From NCBI GenBank assembly GCA_024679065.1, contig JAGIQG010000002.1, positions 72,230,001 through 72,294,000 of the forward strand: DNA of 64,000 nt. Direction: 5' to 3'. The notes under the pieces are model-generated. The model did not search any database and was not told the DNA's origin. It saw only the letters and a program-made list of their open reading frames with translations. Source of the DNA: Sphyrna mokarran. Taxonomy: Eukaryota. The translations under genes were made by a program, and so were the position numbers. This document shows, piece by piece, positions 1 to 13,434 of this stretch. How positions within the stretch are numbered: the first letter of the stretch is position 1; the number at the start of each line of letters is the position of its first letter.

Positions 1-16
1 ACTGGGGTGGCCACAT

Positions 17-96
17 TCATCTGAGGAAGGAGTAGTGCTCCAAAAGCTCATGATTCCAAATAAAATGGATTTTAACCTGGTGTTGTGAGACTTCTT
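17..96 (+). mobile_element. Penelope-like pseudo-LTR fragment with degenerate minimal hammerhead motif
   Basis: TCAT-CTGAGGA-A-GGAGT-AGT-GCTCC-AAAA-GCTC-ATGA, then the terminus TTTAACCTGGTGTTGTGAGACTTCTT shared with copies at 2.9, 16.3 and 19.6 kb. Confidence 0.7.
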
Positions 97-869
97 TTTG
101 AGGAGAAAAGGGGAAGTTCTTGCCAAATTCAATTGCTTTCACTGATTGGGGGTTTTTGGGGAATCCATTACACAGCTCATGGTGAAGCAGTGAATGAAAG
201 ACCCGAGCATTAGGATTTTCTGTTAATCTGCACTTATGCTAAACCCTGAGGCCAGAATTAGAGGAGTAAAACATTCAAATTTAGGATCAAATTTTTAACA
301 GACCCTGTCACCTTTCACATGGTGTTATCAATAGAAATAAAAGTATTGCCACTCTTCAGTTTCTATGGCCACAATTTCTTTCACTTGGGCACTGGAGAAT
401 TCTGCAACATTGCCCAGGCAAAATTGAAGCCCTGCACTATACAGGTGAGAGATGGTTTCTTCTGCACACTGCAAGTGCAATGACTGTATGTGACATTTTT
501 AAAGCAGTCTAGTTTTCACTAGTAGGCTCTTAAGCTTTTTGATATGAGTTTGCTGTTTTTAAAGCTTGCAATTATCTTCACACTATTGCATCAAATTCAA
601 TAACTTGCTTCAATCTTGCCTGTGGCTTCATCACCACAACAATTATTCTGCTAAAACACTGTCCAAAACTTTATGATCCATCTCCATTTTGCTGATGGAA
701 TATTGCGGGTAGGCAGTGGTGGAGGAGGGTGGGCGTAAGTGTTGCGGTTAGCATGGAAGATGAGTTACAATTTTCCAATCACCTAATCCACCAGCTGTTC
801 TGTGGTATAACTCATCAAAATGTCATTCCATGAGCTTACATTGGGTTTCACTGGAACAAGTTTGGTGAT

Positions 870-1645
870 CAAGGACAGAGTTCACAGTGGGAGTGGAGCA
901 GAGAAGTGAGATGATAGGTGACCAGATGCACACGGTCATGCTTGAAGTTGAGTGGAAGTATTCCTCAAAGTCACCCTATCTGTGTCTAGTCTTCTCAGTG
1001 TAGACTGACTATTGTTAGCAATGAATACAGATGCTAAATTGAAACAGTAAATTGCTGTTTGGGTAGGATGGTGGGAAATGAGGAAGTAAAATGGTAGGAG
1101 CTGCATATACTGTGTTCGCAAAGGATAAGTGCTATGAGAAGAGGGACTGGACTGGATGATTGCAAGGTGAATCATGCTCTTGTAGAGGGAATTGTCCCTT
1201 AATAGAAGAAGAGGAGAGGGAGATATGTTTCCTGAAGGCAGGGGGGTGACCCAATGAATAGAGAGGGTAGTGTGCTTGAAGGTAAGTGATAAAGTAATCC
1301 TATCCTGCTTGGGGTGAGAGCAGAATTATAAGAAATGTAATGGTCATTACCAAGGACCCCATGAATCATAGTAAGTGGAAATCTTGAGTTGAGGACAAGG
1401 AAGTACATTAGAAGCTTTGTCAGAACAGATGTAATGGAGATGGAGAACTAGGAGAATGGAACTGCCTCTTTATAGGAAATAGAGTGGGAGAAAGTGGGGG
1501 TTAGCTATAGGAGTCAATGGGATTTTGGTTACTCGTCTATCTCCAGAAATAGACGCAGAGGTCAAGAAAGGGAAGGGAAGTATCAAGATTGTCACGTGTG
1601 AAGGTGAGAACAGAGTGGACAATGGAAGCAAAATTGATGATAATA
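870..1645 (-). mobile_element. Decayed Penelope-like element (RT C-terminus and GIY-YIG remnants)
   Basis: Minus strand 1640-1562 translates INFASIVHSVLTFTRDNLDTSLPFLD (Penelope-type FT..S..SLPFLD motif); AIYC remnant near 1050; frameshifted. Confidence 0.7.
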
Positions 1646-2330
1646 AAGGCTTCTGTTGGAGTCACTGTACTACAATATTCTTTGATTTATCATGCTGATA
1701 ATCTGCTCATTTTATAAACCGATGGTTGGTTATCCTCGGTATATGACTGCATCACTATTGAGATATGAGTCATGATCACGTTCTGTGTCCTTGCATCTAC
1801 TTTTGAATTGGTCAGCTCCTTACTATACTCATACATCTTCGACTGTGTGGCCAAATTCCCCTCCAACTCAATTTTCACCTTACTCACTGTAATAAGTCAG
1901 ATCACAAACAGTGATGAGACAGAATACTGGAAAGAAGTGGAAGCTGTAATTTTATCAGCATGCCCACTCTGCTTCTGGGAGCAGGCAAGACTCAGAGTGA
2001 CATTCTCCATTGGCCTCGGGTGGACATACTAGTAAAATTCTGACCAGAGAATCTGGTGAACTGGTGTGATGATAATAATTTCTCCCTCAATGTCAATAAA
2101 ATGAAGGAGGTAATCATCAACTTCAGGAAGTGTAGTGGAGGATACATCCCTGTCTACATCAACAGGAATGAAGTGGAAATGGTTGAGAGCGCCAGATTTC
2201 TAGGTGTCCATCACCAATAATCTGTCTTGGTCCCTCCACTCAGATACTATAGTTAAGAAAGCCTACCAAAGCTCTACTTTCTCAGGAGATAAAGGAAATT
2301 TGGCATAACTGCTATGACTCTTACCAACTT

Positions 2331-3017
2331 AGTAAGAAATCTCACAAGACCAGATTAAAGTCCAACAGGCTTATTTGGTAGTAAACGCAACTAGCTTTTG
2401 GAACGCTGTTCCTTTGTCAGGTGAATGGAGAGTTCTGACCACAAACAGGGCATATAATGGCACACACAGTTTACAGAATATTGATTAGCATGCAAGTCTT
2501 TACAGCTAATCTGCTTTTCAAGTCTTAAAGGTGCAGACAATATGAGTGGAGATAGCATTAAGCATAGGTTAAAGAGATGTGTATTGTCTCCAGACAGGAC
2601 ATTAAGTGAGATGTTGCAAGCCCAGGCAAGTCATGGGGATTACAGATAGTGTGACATGACCCCAAGATTCCTGTTGAGGCTATCCTCCTATGTGTAGAAC
2701 TTGGCTATCAGTCCTGTCTTAAGACAATACACATCTCTTTAACCTATGCTTAATGCTATTGCCGCTCACATTGTCTGCACCTTTAAGACTTGAATAGCAG
2801 ATTAGCTGTAAAGACTTGCATTCTAATCAATATTCTGTAAACTGTGTGTGCCTTTATATGCCCTGTTTGTGATCAGAACTCTCCACTCACCTGACGAAGG
2901 AACAGCGTTCTGAAAGCTAGTAGCGTTTACTACCAGGTAAACCCGTTGGATTTTAACGTGGTGTTGTGAGACTTCTTAATGTTGTTTACCCAAGTCCAAT
3001 GCCAGCATCTCCACAAG
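2331..3017. mobile_element. Non-autonomous Penelope-derived fold-back element with ~270-bp inverted arms
   Basis: 2333-2600 is the reverse complement of 2711-2978; flanking TTACCAACTT (2321-2330) / TTATCAACTT (3018-3027) target-site duplication; spacer matches the GIY-YIG tail at 15.7-15.8 kb. Confidence 0.85.
2887..2923 (+). ncRNA. Candidate minimal (type I, dimer-forming) hammerhead ribozyme
   Basis: CAC-CTGACGA-A-GGAAC(AGC)GTTCT-GAAA-GCTA-GTA: intact CUGANGA and GAAA boxes, 5-bp stem II, palindromic AGCU in place of stem III. Confidence 0.6.
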
Positions 3018-3489
3018 TTATCAACTTTCACAGATGCATCATAGAAAGCATCCTTTCTGGCTGTAACACAGCTTTTTATGGCTCCTGCTCTGCGCAAGAC
3101 TGCAAGAAACTACAAAGACTTGTGAATGAAGTGCAACCCATCATGCAAATCAGCCTCCCATCCTTTGAATCTGTCTACACTTCTTGCTGCCTCAGAAAAT
3201 CAACCCACATAATTAAGGACCCTATGCACCCCAGACATTCCTCTTCCATCTGCTTCTGTCAGGAAAAAGATACAAAAGTTTGAGGTCAACCGACACTAGA
3301 ATAGCTCCTTCCCTGCTGCCATCAGAATATATTAAGTTGATCTTTCTCTACACCCTAGCTATGACTGTAACACTATATTCTACACCTTTTTTCCTTCTCT
3401 GTATATGATATGCATATTTGTATTGTGTGCTAGAAACTATACTTTTCACTGTATACTAATACATGTGACAATAATAAATCTAATTAAAA

Positions 3490-3945
3490 TGAGTACTGTG
3501 CAGTGATTGTTCCTACCTATATTTTCATGGACAGATCCATTTGTGGCAAGTACGTTGATGAAGCTGAGTTCAAGTATATTTTTCCATCTTGTTAATCCTC
3601 TCACCATATGTCACAGATCCAATTGAACAGCTCTGCCTTTAACACTTGGCCAGCTCAGTCTGTGGTATCATTGCTGACCCATTCTTAGAGATGAATATTG
3701 AAGACTTCTTCCCCCCCCCCTCCCCCCCCACCTAGAGTATATTCTGCAACATTGCTAGCCTCAGTGCTTCCTCCAACTGGTATTCAATATTGAGGAGCAC
3801 TGATTCTTCAGCTGAGGGGTGGGGAGGTAGTCGAGGGCGAATGAGAGATACGTCGCAATCGGCATGAGTTTTCCTTGCCATGTTTGACCTAATGCCATGA
3901 ATCTCTATGCAATCCACTCCCATATAGTTCCCCTGTCCCATATGT
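3490..3945 (-). mobile_element. CR1/L2-group LINE APE endonuclease remnant
   Basis: PSAEESVLLNIEYQLEEALRLAMLQNIL and VHENIGRNNHCTVL (SDH-like motif). Confidence 0.65.
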
Positions 3946-4190
3946 TGGCAGGGAATTTTGAATGTGTTGTGCTGCTCCTAGATTTTGTGGGGAACAGGCA
4001 TGATCTGACTATTGGTAGCTTCCTCTTACAACTACCTGCATCATCAGAAGTTGACCACTCTGATCACTGAAAGCTTGTGCATTTTGCACAGAGCCTGAAG
4101 GTGGAAATAAATGGCCCTGTTTTTCCTCCTGCTGCTTAGTTTGTTTTGGTGCCCTCTGTTCTTGAGTCTTTTGATAATTTTTTTTTCCGT

Positions 4191-4385
4191 TTTTATTCCA
4201 ATTCAATCCAATCAAGTCCAATTCAGAGTCTCAACAAGTTGAGACAATCCTGATCCAAGCTGACAAGACAGGATTCGCACCTCATGTCTTGGGCTTGATA
4301 TACATGATCCAAGCTGATTGGAGTAGGCATAGCTTCTCCTCCAAGGCTTGCTCTCACTTGCATCTTAGCCAAAAGGCCGAGATGC
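4191..4385 (-). mobile_element. Candidate U2 snRNA-headed short retroposon
   Basis: Minus 4385-4355 GCATCTCGGCCTTTTGGCTAAGATGCAAGTG matches the U2 5' end (GCTTCTCGGCCTTTTGGCTAAGATCAAGTG); followed by 54-nt spaced repeats, a stem-loop and an (ATTGR)n-like tail. Confidence 0.65.
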
Positions 4386-5675
4386 TGCTTTTAAAAATGA
4401 TCAATGTAGAGCTGTGGGAAGAAAGGATAAAAGATTTCCATGGTTACACAGCTATTAAATTCATCAGCTACCCACTCTGAAAAAGCTGTTTCCCACAGCA
4501 ACAGACTTTTATGGCTTATTTGTCTTTGACTCCTGCCTTGAATAAATAATCATATCTCAGCTTGAGAGGACCTAACCAAACCCATTCCCCATAAACTGAA
4601 TTAAAAGAACAATTCCTATCTGGCTCAAGTCTTTATTTAAAAAATCCTTTTGAGCATTTTTATCTATTATTTACAATAGAATTCTGAATGTGGAATTAAA
4701 CCCAGAGAATACATTGCCTGACCTGGCTAGATGGGTGACTGCAATTTTTGATACCTTGGTCAGACACCCCTGAGATGATCGTCACAACATTTAAACAGCT
4801 CAGCCACCACCTGTTGTACAACGTGGCTCACCCTATGGGTGCCTTCACCTTTTGACCCCCCAGCTAGACTAACGTTCAACCTCAAGAAGCAATGTGGACC
4901 TCAACCCCAAAATCCAATATTATTTTCTTCACCTTCTACTGTAGTGTTTCTGTGGAAATGAACAAAAATTACATGTTGCAGTATTATTTTTATTTGAAAT
5001 TAATTTTCAAAAGTTGCAGCTCCATCATCTTCCAGTGCCAAACCTCAAACTGAGTGAAGGCAACTGTTCTCAGCTTTTTGTGCTGCCTTTTTGGTTGGTC
5101 TATAAGGTAGGCTGCTGGCTACACTGTAGAATTTGTTAATTTGCACAGTAGTCAGAACGATTTTCCAAATTTTGGCACAAGTGTATTATGAGCTGAATAG
5201 GAGAACACAAATACCTGAGCAATAGCACTTCCAACAAATCAGAGTCCATTCTGAACAGTTGAATGATGTGCAAACACTCACTGCAGACCGAGGCTCAAAC
5301 GAGAAAAAGCTACATCAGCCCTGCAAACCTCAATAACCACCCCAACATAGTTATAAGAGGAGGAGAGAAAACAGAAGAGATTACAAGGTTACCCTGATGT
5401 CTTCAATGACATCAATGAAGGTTCTGTAAAACTGGAATCCACAATGGCCATTTGTGATCTTTCACTAACATTACAGCTAGAAATTGGGAAAAGTCCTGAG
5501 GCAATTCCAAGCTAAACATTGCTTGCAAAGAAATAGAGCTCTGTGGCTCTTATAAGTAACTTTTAACCTATTGTAATTGCCAGGGCATCAGAGGGTAAAT
5601 GCTAATTTTGAGGATCTTGGTTTCAATTCTAGAAAACGATTGTAGATTAGGGACCAGGAATTGAAATCAGCCTCT

Positions 5676-6040
5676 CATTTATTTACTCTGTCCACACTTG
5701 CTGCTGCCTCAGCAAAGCAGCCAGCATAAGTAAGGATCTCACACACCCAGACATTCTCTCTTCCACTTTCTTCCATTGGGGAAAAAGATACAAGAGGCTG
5801 AGGGCATGTACCAACTGATCCAAGAACAGTTTCTTTACTGCTGCTGTCAGACTTTTGAATGGACTTCCCCTGCATTAAGTTGATCTTTCTCTGCACCATA
5901 GCTATGACTATAACACTAAATTTTGCACTCTTTCTTGTTTCCTTCTCTATGAACAGTATGCTCTGTCTGTATATGCACAAAAAACATTACTTTTCATCGT
6001 ATGTTAATACATATGACAATAATAAAACAGATCAAAAAAA
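5676..6040 (+). mobile_element. Rex1/Babar LINE 3' end
   Basis: Colinear with 3170-3490 (CACTTGCTGCTGCCTCAGCAAAGCAGCCAGCAT...GACAATAATAAA). Confidence 0.8.
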
Positions 6041-9000
6041 ATTGAGAAAGTGTATTTGTTTTTTTTCAAAAATGCTACTTGGAAGAAGTGAGCTATATCA
6101 CTACTGGTTCTAGATGGTTGTCAAGGCTGAGATAATGTTGATGTTGGAATATAAATTAGTGATGTAAAGCAAGTATTGAGCTTACCTGTTAGCAGGGGGG
6201 GCTTGACGCCATATGAGGAACATCTCAGAGGATCTCAGTGAAGCTTGCCCTCTGGTGGTGAGGAAACTATCGCAGATTGGAGGCGAAAAAATCAATTGAC
6301 ACGCGTTTTATTGAATATCAGCAGGAGTTTGTGCTGTTTATATCTGTCGGGCTTCATCAGTGTAGGTCTTGGTTATAAATATCACGACACGTACAAGCCA
6401 ATAAAGAGTTATGATCTCCCAAACCTTTGAATTTATGTTGGATTACCAAGTCTCAAACTACATGAATGGATCCACTTGACCCAGCTCCCTAATATTTCAC
6501 CTCGTAATATATTTGTGTCAAAATTTGGATAATTGGTCCGACTGCTGTGCATTGAGCTCAATGGCAAATTAGCAAATTCTTCACAGCATAGCCAGCCGCC
6601 TACTTCACAAATCAACTAAAAAGGCACCACAAAAAAACTTGCGGGGTGGGGGAATTATGTGAAGCCTACAAGAGTGAGAAATGTGGTGTGAATTCCGGAG
6701 GACAGATTGAGATGTAGAGATAAAGTCAGCAACATGTTTGTGGTTGTCAGCATTACAGCAGCTTGTGGTGGGTTCATAGTTTTATTATATTTGCATCCAT
6801 GAATATTCGTGAATGTGAAACTGTTTTTAATAAAAGCCTTACCTTGTGATAAAATTAGTGGAGCATAGAAGTCTCGCGGCACCCAGTTCATGATTGTTTA
6901 AAGATATGTATCAGCCAGATTTATGCAGTTTTGTGTAAGCTCAGCAGTTTTCCTTGTTACAGCACAAGGGTGGGGAGTCAGGTGAATGGCAGTTTGCATG
7001 GACACTCAAGACCAGCAAGACCAGTGAGTCAGTGCAAAGGGAGTGTGTGGCATGGGATCGGAGTCATGGAGTAGTGGAAAAGTAATCTAAAGGAGGACAG
7101 AAAATGGGGTCAGCACATGGAGGAGTGAAATGAAAAGGGCTTGGTGTGCTGGGGGATGTTGTAGTAGAAACAGTCAGTCAAGGCAAAAGGTGGAGGACCT
7201 ACTGTCCAAATCCTACACAAAAAGGTCTTGGCAGGCAGAGTACCACAATGTTGTTTTTGCACAATAAAGTAAATGTCCCTAGCTGTCTGTAACGGAGAAT
7301 GTATGCCAACCATGAAGCAATACCAGTATATTTTGCTCTCTGATTAAGTAACAATGATGTGCTCATGAATAAAATGAAATCAATTTATTGTAAAATATTT
7401 TCAAGAGAAACTTAATTTGGAAAATACTCCCTTGCCACTTTGTGGTCTCATGGCTTATGTTAATAGCAATGGAGTTGAGCAGAAATGTTTTGACCGTGAT
7501 TGAAGGCTGCATGTTTGGCCAGAAGCCTATTTTGCAACCCACCTGTTGTAGTAGCATTGCCAGCTTAATGATGCATTTCACCAATGAGAAACTATCATCG
7601 CTGTTTAATCACGTTTCACATACTCACCGTTGACACTTAGAATTTTGGTTACAGTCGCATTGCAAATGGCAAAAAGAGCAGGAGTAGTTACAATGCTGGG
7701 AACAGTTTACAAAATCCTGGCTAGTGGAAAGGATTTTCTAGAGTCCATTAGAGGACGGAAATGCTGCTTGCAAATTAGACAGTGCAGAATTTTAATTTCC
7801 CAATGGCAAGTTGAGGTGCAGAAATTAAGTCAACGACGCCTTGAGCATTACCTTAGCTGGTGATGGGTTCCCATTTATAATATATTTGCATACATTGAAT
7901 AATCATTAGCACAACACCATTTTCAATAAAGTCCTTTTGTTAAGATTAAATCAATGACATACAGGAATCCCATGGCATCTGGTTCACATTCATTTAAAGG
8001 TGGCATAAACCAGTCTGCTATGTGGAGTTGTATGTAAAGTCAGCAGTTTTCTTTTGCTTTTTTGGCACAAAGGAGGGGAACTGGAGAATGGCAGCTTGTA
8101 TGGAAACTTGGGATGACAAATGTGAGTCAATGGTAAGGGTGCAACAAGTCCTGGAATACAAATCTGAAGTATTGAACATGCTTCATTCTTAGTGGGGGCG
8201 GGGGAAGTGGGATTACACATGGAGATTGAATGTAACAGACAGACTGCAAACCCTATCTCAGAAATTGTTATTTGACAGAACGTCACAGGATGGCCTCATC
8301 AGAAATATTCATTAAGGTTGTGCCACACTTGTCCTCGCTTTCAAATTATAACATAATTGTTATATTACATAACTGAAAGGATGGAGAATCAAGGCCTCCT
8401 TGGTCTCCTGGCCTCCTTGTTCCCAAAAGGTTCCTCACTTCTATAACCACATCTTGATCCTTGAGCCAGGAATTGGGCCATTTCCCAGCATCGTGATTCC
8501 ACCTCCTGTCCAGCAATGCCCACCCGTTCCATTTCTATAATGGTAGGGATGGAATGGGCTGGAGCTAGGGCTACCATCTCCAGAAGCAGGTGTGAGCCAG
8601 AAATGGTGGCCGACATGCTGAGGCTGGCAGATTAAAAGGCCCACCTTCAATTGCTTGGACGTTTGTTCTGTTCCATAGATGACCTGAGGCTATCAAACCC
8701 TCACTCTCTATTTCCCTCATTTCCTCTCACACTCCCGTGCCCCCTTATCTCCCATATCCTACTTCATATCCTTCATAACCACCCCCTATATCTCCTGTCA
8801 TCCTCCCCATGCACACACCATGCAATATCCACTTTTTACACAACTCATGAGAGCTTGAGCATCCCTAACAGTTTCCCAACACTCACGTTTGGAGTATTCC
8901 AATCTTCTATGAATGATCTGCAAAGACTCTCGAGGTAAGATAAAAGGGTTTGTTTATTTTTACACACATACACAAGAGTGGTTTCAAAGTATCCAATCAT

Positions 9001-10007
9001 TTTGCAGTCACAATAAATGAGAAATAAGGAAGATAGTTAAGGGCACAAGCACAACAAGATACAAGTTAGGGATTTACATGTGTCCAGAATCAGAATCTAA
9101 TGGAAGGTTTCCTCTGAGAAGGGTTGATTGATTTTTAGTGATCTGTCTTTCCAGAATGAGACTTCCACACTAAGAGGAAGCACTTAGAGTGAGTTAGTCT
9201 GGAGGTGTAAGTTCCAAAGCTCCAGCAGGTTGCAATTTTTAATGAACAGAAGAACAGTTCTTTCTGTTGCCACTGTCTTGACGATGGACAGCACAGGCTG
9301 TTCAGTTATTGCTGGAAGTTAAAGAGTAATTTCTGTGAGGTTCACAGACTGCTTAATTAAAGGAAGTCAGCCAAACCAAATCTTGGTCATTGATACTGGT
9401 TTCGGATTGTTCAATGAGGTCCTCCTGTTGAAACTGTTTTGTTAAGGCCACTAGCACTAATATTGGAGATTAGGATCTGCAAAGAGTTGTCTTTATTCAA
9501 ACTTGGCTAGAGCTGACCGATTATCTTCTGGATCATGTGTAGGCTTGGCTTGAAAGATTAAGCTATGCAAGGAATGTTACATTCCAGTTTGAATTGTTAA
9601 CTTTGAAATTTCTGGAAGTCAGCCAATTAGTTAAGCATTAGTTAACTGAGACAAATAAAAATAAGTAATTTATTATTAGATATGTTAGGCCAGAAGAGTA
9701 ATTTGGAACACAAAAGTTTATAACTTTTATAATTATTAATATTTTGTTGACAATTGATTATTCATACAGCTTCTTAAATTGCTGTGGGAACATGAATCTT
9801 GTGTATTTCTATGACCATAGAATAAAAAGAGATAACATGACTTGTCAGCCATGACTAGAAGGAATATGTCTCAATTTTAAATGACAGTTCACAATGTTAA
9901 TACTCAGCCTACCTTAAGTTAAGAGATATAGCTTGAAGCATTGTCTTAAAGCTGAAATAACATGCATAATTAGCTAAAAACCAATGGGCTAATTCTTATA
10001 AAATCAA

Positions 10008-10290
10008 CTTTAATTTGATTTATTATTGTCATGTGTATTAGTATATAGTGAAAAATATTGTTTCTTGCATGCTATACAAAGTATACTGTTCATAAAGAAG
10101 GAAAGGAGAGAGTGCAAAATGTGGTGTTACAGTCATAGCTACGGTATAGAGAAAGATCAACTTAATGCGTGGTAGGTCCTTTCAAAAATCTGATGCAGCA
10201 AGGAAGAAGCTGTCCTTGAATCAGTTGGTACATGTCCTCAGACTTTTGTATCTTTTTCCCTGATGGAAGAAAGTGAAAGAGAGAATAGAT
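10008..10290 (-). mobile_element. Rex1/Babar LINE 3' end
   Basis: Reverse complement of the same tail (TTTGATTTATTATTGTCATGTG...GAAAGATCAACTTAATGC). Confidence 0.8.
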
Positions 10291-10849
10291 CAATTGGCTT
10301 TTTTCGAACAATTGGCTAAGTGGACTTTCAGGTTGTAAGGTATAAAAAGCAGTCTTAAGAAACCATTGTGGGAAAAGACTGTGTGTGAGAGAGAGAAGGG
10401 CGGAAAGCGAAGGGCAGTGAGGAAGAGAAGACAGGGAAATGGGCAGAGATTGGGAGAAGAGAGTGAGAGATGTTGAGAGAAAGATGTGGGTAGCAAGTGG
10501 GAAAACGTGATGTTTTTACAAAGAGGTGTTGAAACCTGTTATCGATGTTTTTCAGAATCATTACTTCATGATTTGGTCTGAGAAAGGTTGTGAAAAGTCT
10601 GTCCAATTGTTAAAGTTAAGCTTTATCTTCTTACTGCTAATTACTGTTAATTGACGCACTTCTTATCTTTCTGACTTGTTAACTTTTTAATGGTTAATAA
10701 ACTTTCTGAATTCCATTTAAAGTGCTCTTTCTTGTCATGTGGTCGAATCTTTAGAACCTGATAAGATTTATGATTGCGGGGAGAGGGCTAATTGTAAACA
10801 AGTGGTCCCTATAAATCTTAGTTTAGACGTATCAAAAATCTTAGAATCC

Positions 10850-11770
10850 TTCTTGGGCTGGAGGAAAGTTCGTAGTGGAGTTCCTCAGGGATTAGTGTTG
10901 GGACTTTTTTTTCCCTGATATTTATTAATGGTCTAGACCTTGGGGTACAGGGAAAAATTTAACATTTGCAGACAGTACAAAACTTGGAACCCTTGTAAAC
11001 TGTGAAGCATGTAGAACATCAAAAGAACATAAAAAAGATGCTGAAATAGTCAGATAGGTGGCAGGTGAAGCTAGTATGGAGAAATATGAAGTGGATTTTG
11101 ATTGGAAGAAGATGAAGGGGCAACATAACATTAATAGTAGTAATCTAGATAGAGTGCAGGAGGTTTAGGTATATAGGTGTGTAAGTCATTGAAGAACAGG
11201 TTGATAGAGCAGTTGAAGCATACAGTATCCTGGGATTTATTAATAGGATATAAAGTACAAGAACAAGGAGATTATGTTGAATTTGTGTAAAACATGTCTG
11301 GGCACTGCATTTTAGAAAGGATGTGAAGATATCGGAAAGTATGTAGAAAAAATTCATGAGGATGGTTGCAGTGATGAGAAACTTCAGTTGCAAAGATTGA
11401 TTGAAGAAGTTGAGATTTCTTTCCTTGAGATGGATAGAAGTATTCAAAACCATGAGCTGTGTGGACAGAATAGACAGGCAGAAATTGTTTCCATCTGTGA
11501 AAGAATCAGACAGCACAAATGCTAAACAGTTGGAACAAAAATAAAAGCAATGTTTTTTACTCACCGAATGGTTAGGGTTGGAGAGTGAGGTGGAGGCAGG
11601 TTCAACTGACGCATTCAAAAGAGAATTGGATGATAATTTGAAAAGAGCTACTCTGCAAGGTTACAGGGAGAAGGCAGGAAAATGGGTCTAGATGAAATGC
11701 TCATCCAGAGAACTGGAATGGACATGATGGTGTTAACAGCATTGTTCTGTGCTATAACAATTTTGTGATT
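10850..11770 (+). mobile_element. CR1 (HER1-like) LINE RT and 3' end, decayed
   Basis: SGVPQGLVLG, FINGLD and FADSTKLG motifs; CR1-type 3' tail. Confidence 0.8.
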
Positions 11771-13434
11771 TTTGTTACTGCATCAACATTGTAATGCAGG
11801 TGGGGATGATCAAAAATGCCCACCCCTCAATGGAACTGGCAAGAGCAGGACTTTGTGCAGATCTACTACCCTCACCCTTGTCCTATACCACTCAAAACGG
11901 GGCAGGAATTCCAGAATCAGGTCCCATTCACTATGTTTTTTGCAGGCTAACTTCCATTCTGAGACAGACGGAGGCAGGAAAACTTGGCCCTAAACTCCAT
12001 TGTGCTTTTTAATAGCAATATGATATCTAATTGAATTATTATCACTAATACCAAAATGCTTTTCCATCCACTTGCCAGTTTAATTTCCTGACACTAAATC
12101 CAGAACAGCCTCTTTTCTTGTTGGCTAAAAAGGTTCTCATGAATATATTTTAGGAATTCTGCACCTCCCTATTATTTGATGTAATATATGATGCCTTTAT
12201 TACATGAGTACTTAAAATATAGGTATAGCTCCAGAGATTGGGTGAGAGACTGGAGGAAAGGTTAACCCAACATCTACGCACTTCATGCCACATTTCAAAT
12301 CCTTTAAATGCTTATGTAATTCTTCAAATATTATACTTGGTTGTTCCCCCTCCTGAATCTGTTCCTTTAATTCATGGATCCACCATTTCATATGTCAGGA
12401 GAGTTTTATGGTCCTGTCACAGCGTGAGGCTGACACAAGAGCTTTTTCTAACCCTAATTTTCCTTCTCTAATTTGCTCCCTTCTCTCTTTCCCTCGAAGA
12501 ATTTCTGTAATGAAGCATCAATTCCATGGATACTGATTACCCAATGAGCCTTAATGATTGGAGACAGCATGCTGTTCAACATGATATCAGCCACTTTTAA
12601 CAGAAAGAAACTGAATAAACAATGAAACTGAATATATGTTACACAGAATAATGAACGGTAATGGGAAATATTATAGAGGTATATTTGTATTAACAGCACA
12701 CGTTGGACACAAACCAATTTAGGACTATTCACACATCTGTAATTCATTCTGGACAGTCATTATTCCACACCAAATTAAAGCTAATTAAAATTTTGAAAAT
12801 AAATTACCGAGGAAAAAAGTTTTATGCAGTAAAGCAAAAGTGGCATTGAAGGTTCAATTCAAAGATTATGGTGTCAACACTTATCAAAGTATTGTAAGGA
12901 AAAAAAATGAAAAAGCTAAAGTGTCTGGAAGCAGAATAATACAAGATGTAAAATGCACCATGACGAACATTTGAAAAATAATAATTATGCAAAGGCAAAC
13001 AACTGCCAGAGGAATTTTTGAGACCTGTGATTTTTAAGAGTATCAGTGTAGTTAAACCGTGCTCTGTGGGTGATTAATGAAACTAATGCTGACTCAAATT
13101 CCTCTAATATTTCACATATGTGAACTTTTATGGTCCAATCAAACTGGGTCAACTTTTGCTTTTGGGTAATCAAAAGGCAGACTATCAGATATTGCAGAGG
13201 TAGCTCCAGTTTTGAGGTCATGACTGTATTTATATCAAACAGCCAAAATGCAAGGCACCAAATAGGTGGTGGATTAAAAGTGGCCAATTCTGGGCTACTA
13301 GCAAAATAAACTCAGGGGGTGGGGAGGGATGGGAGGAGTTTTGATCACAGAAGAAGTCTTCCCATAAGAATAAGTTCAAAGCTACTTCTGCTGGGCCTGT
13401 TCTTTTGCCAGTGGAAATGGTTTGAGTATGCATA

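Larger units (their letters stand above)
1800..3490 (+). mobile_element. Rex1/Babar-type LINE 3' portion, interrupted by a fold-back element
   Basis: DCVAKFPSNSIF, NLVNWCDDNNFSLNVNK, RCIIESILSGC..FYGSCSAQDCKKLQRLV, IIKDPMHPRH; tail ACATGTGACAATAATAAATC. Confidence 0.8.

Noticed and set aside
4355-4385. Functional U2 snRNA gene
   Set aside because: Only ~30 nt match; no Sm site or 3' stem-loops
8900-10850. Possible LTR remnants (8.9-9.6 kb and 10.3-10.8 kb)
   Set aside because: No paired LTR, PBS or TSD could be established by eye
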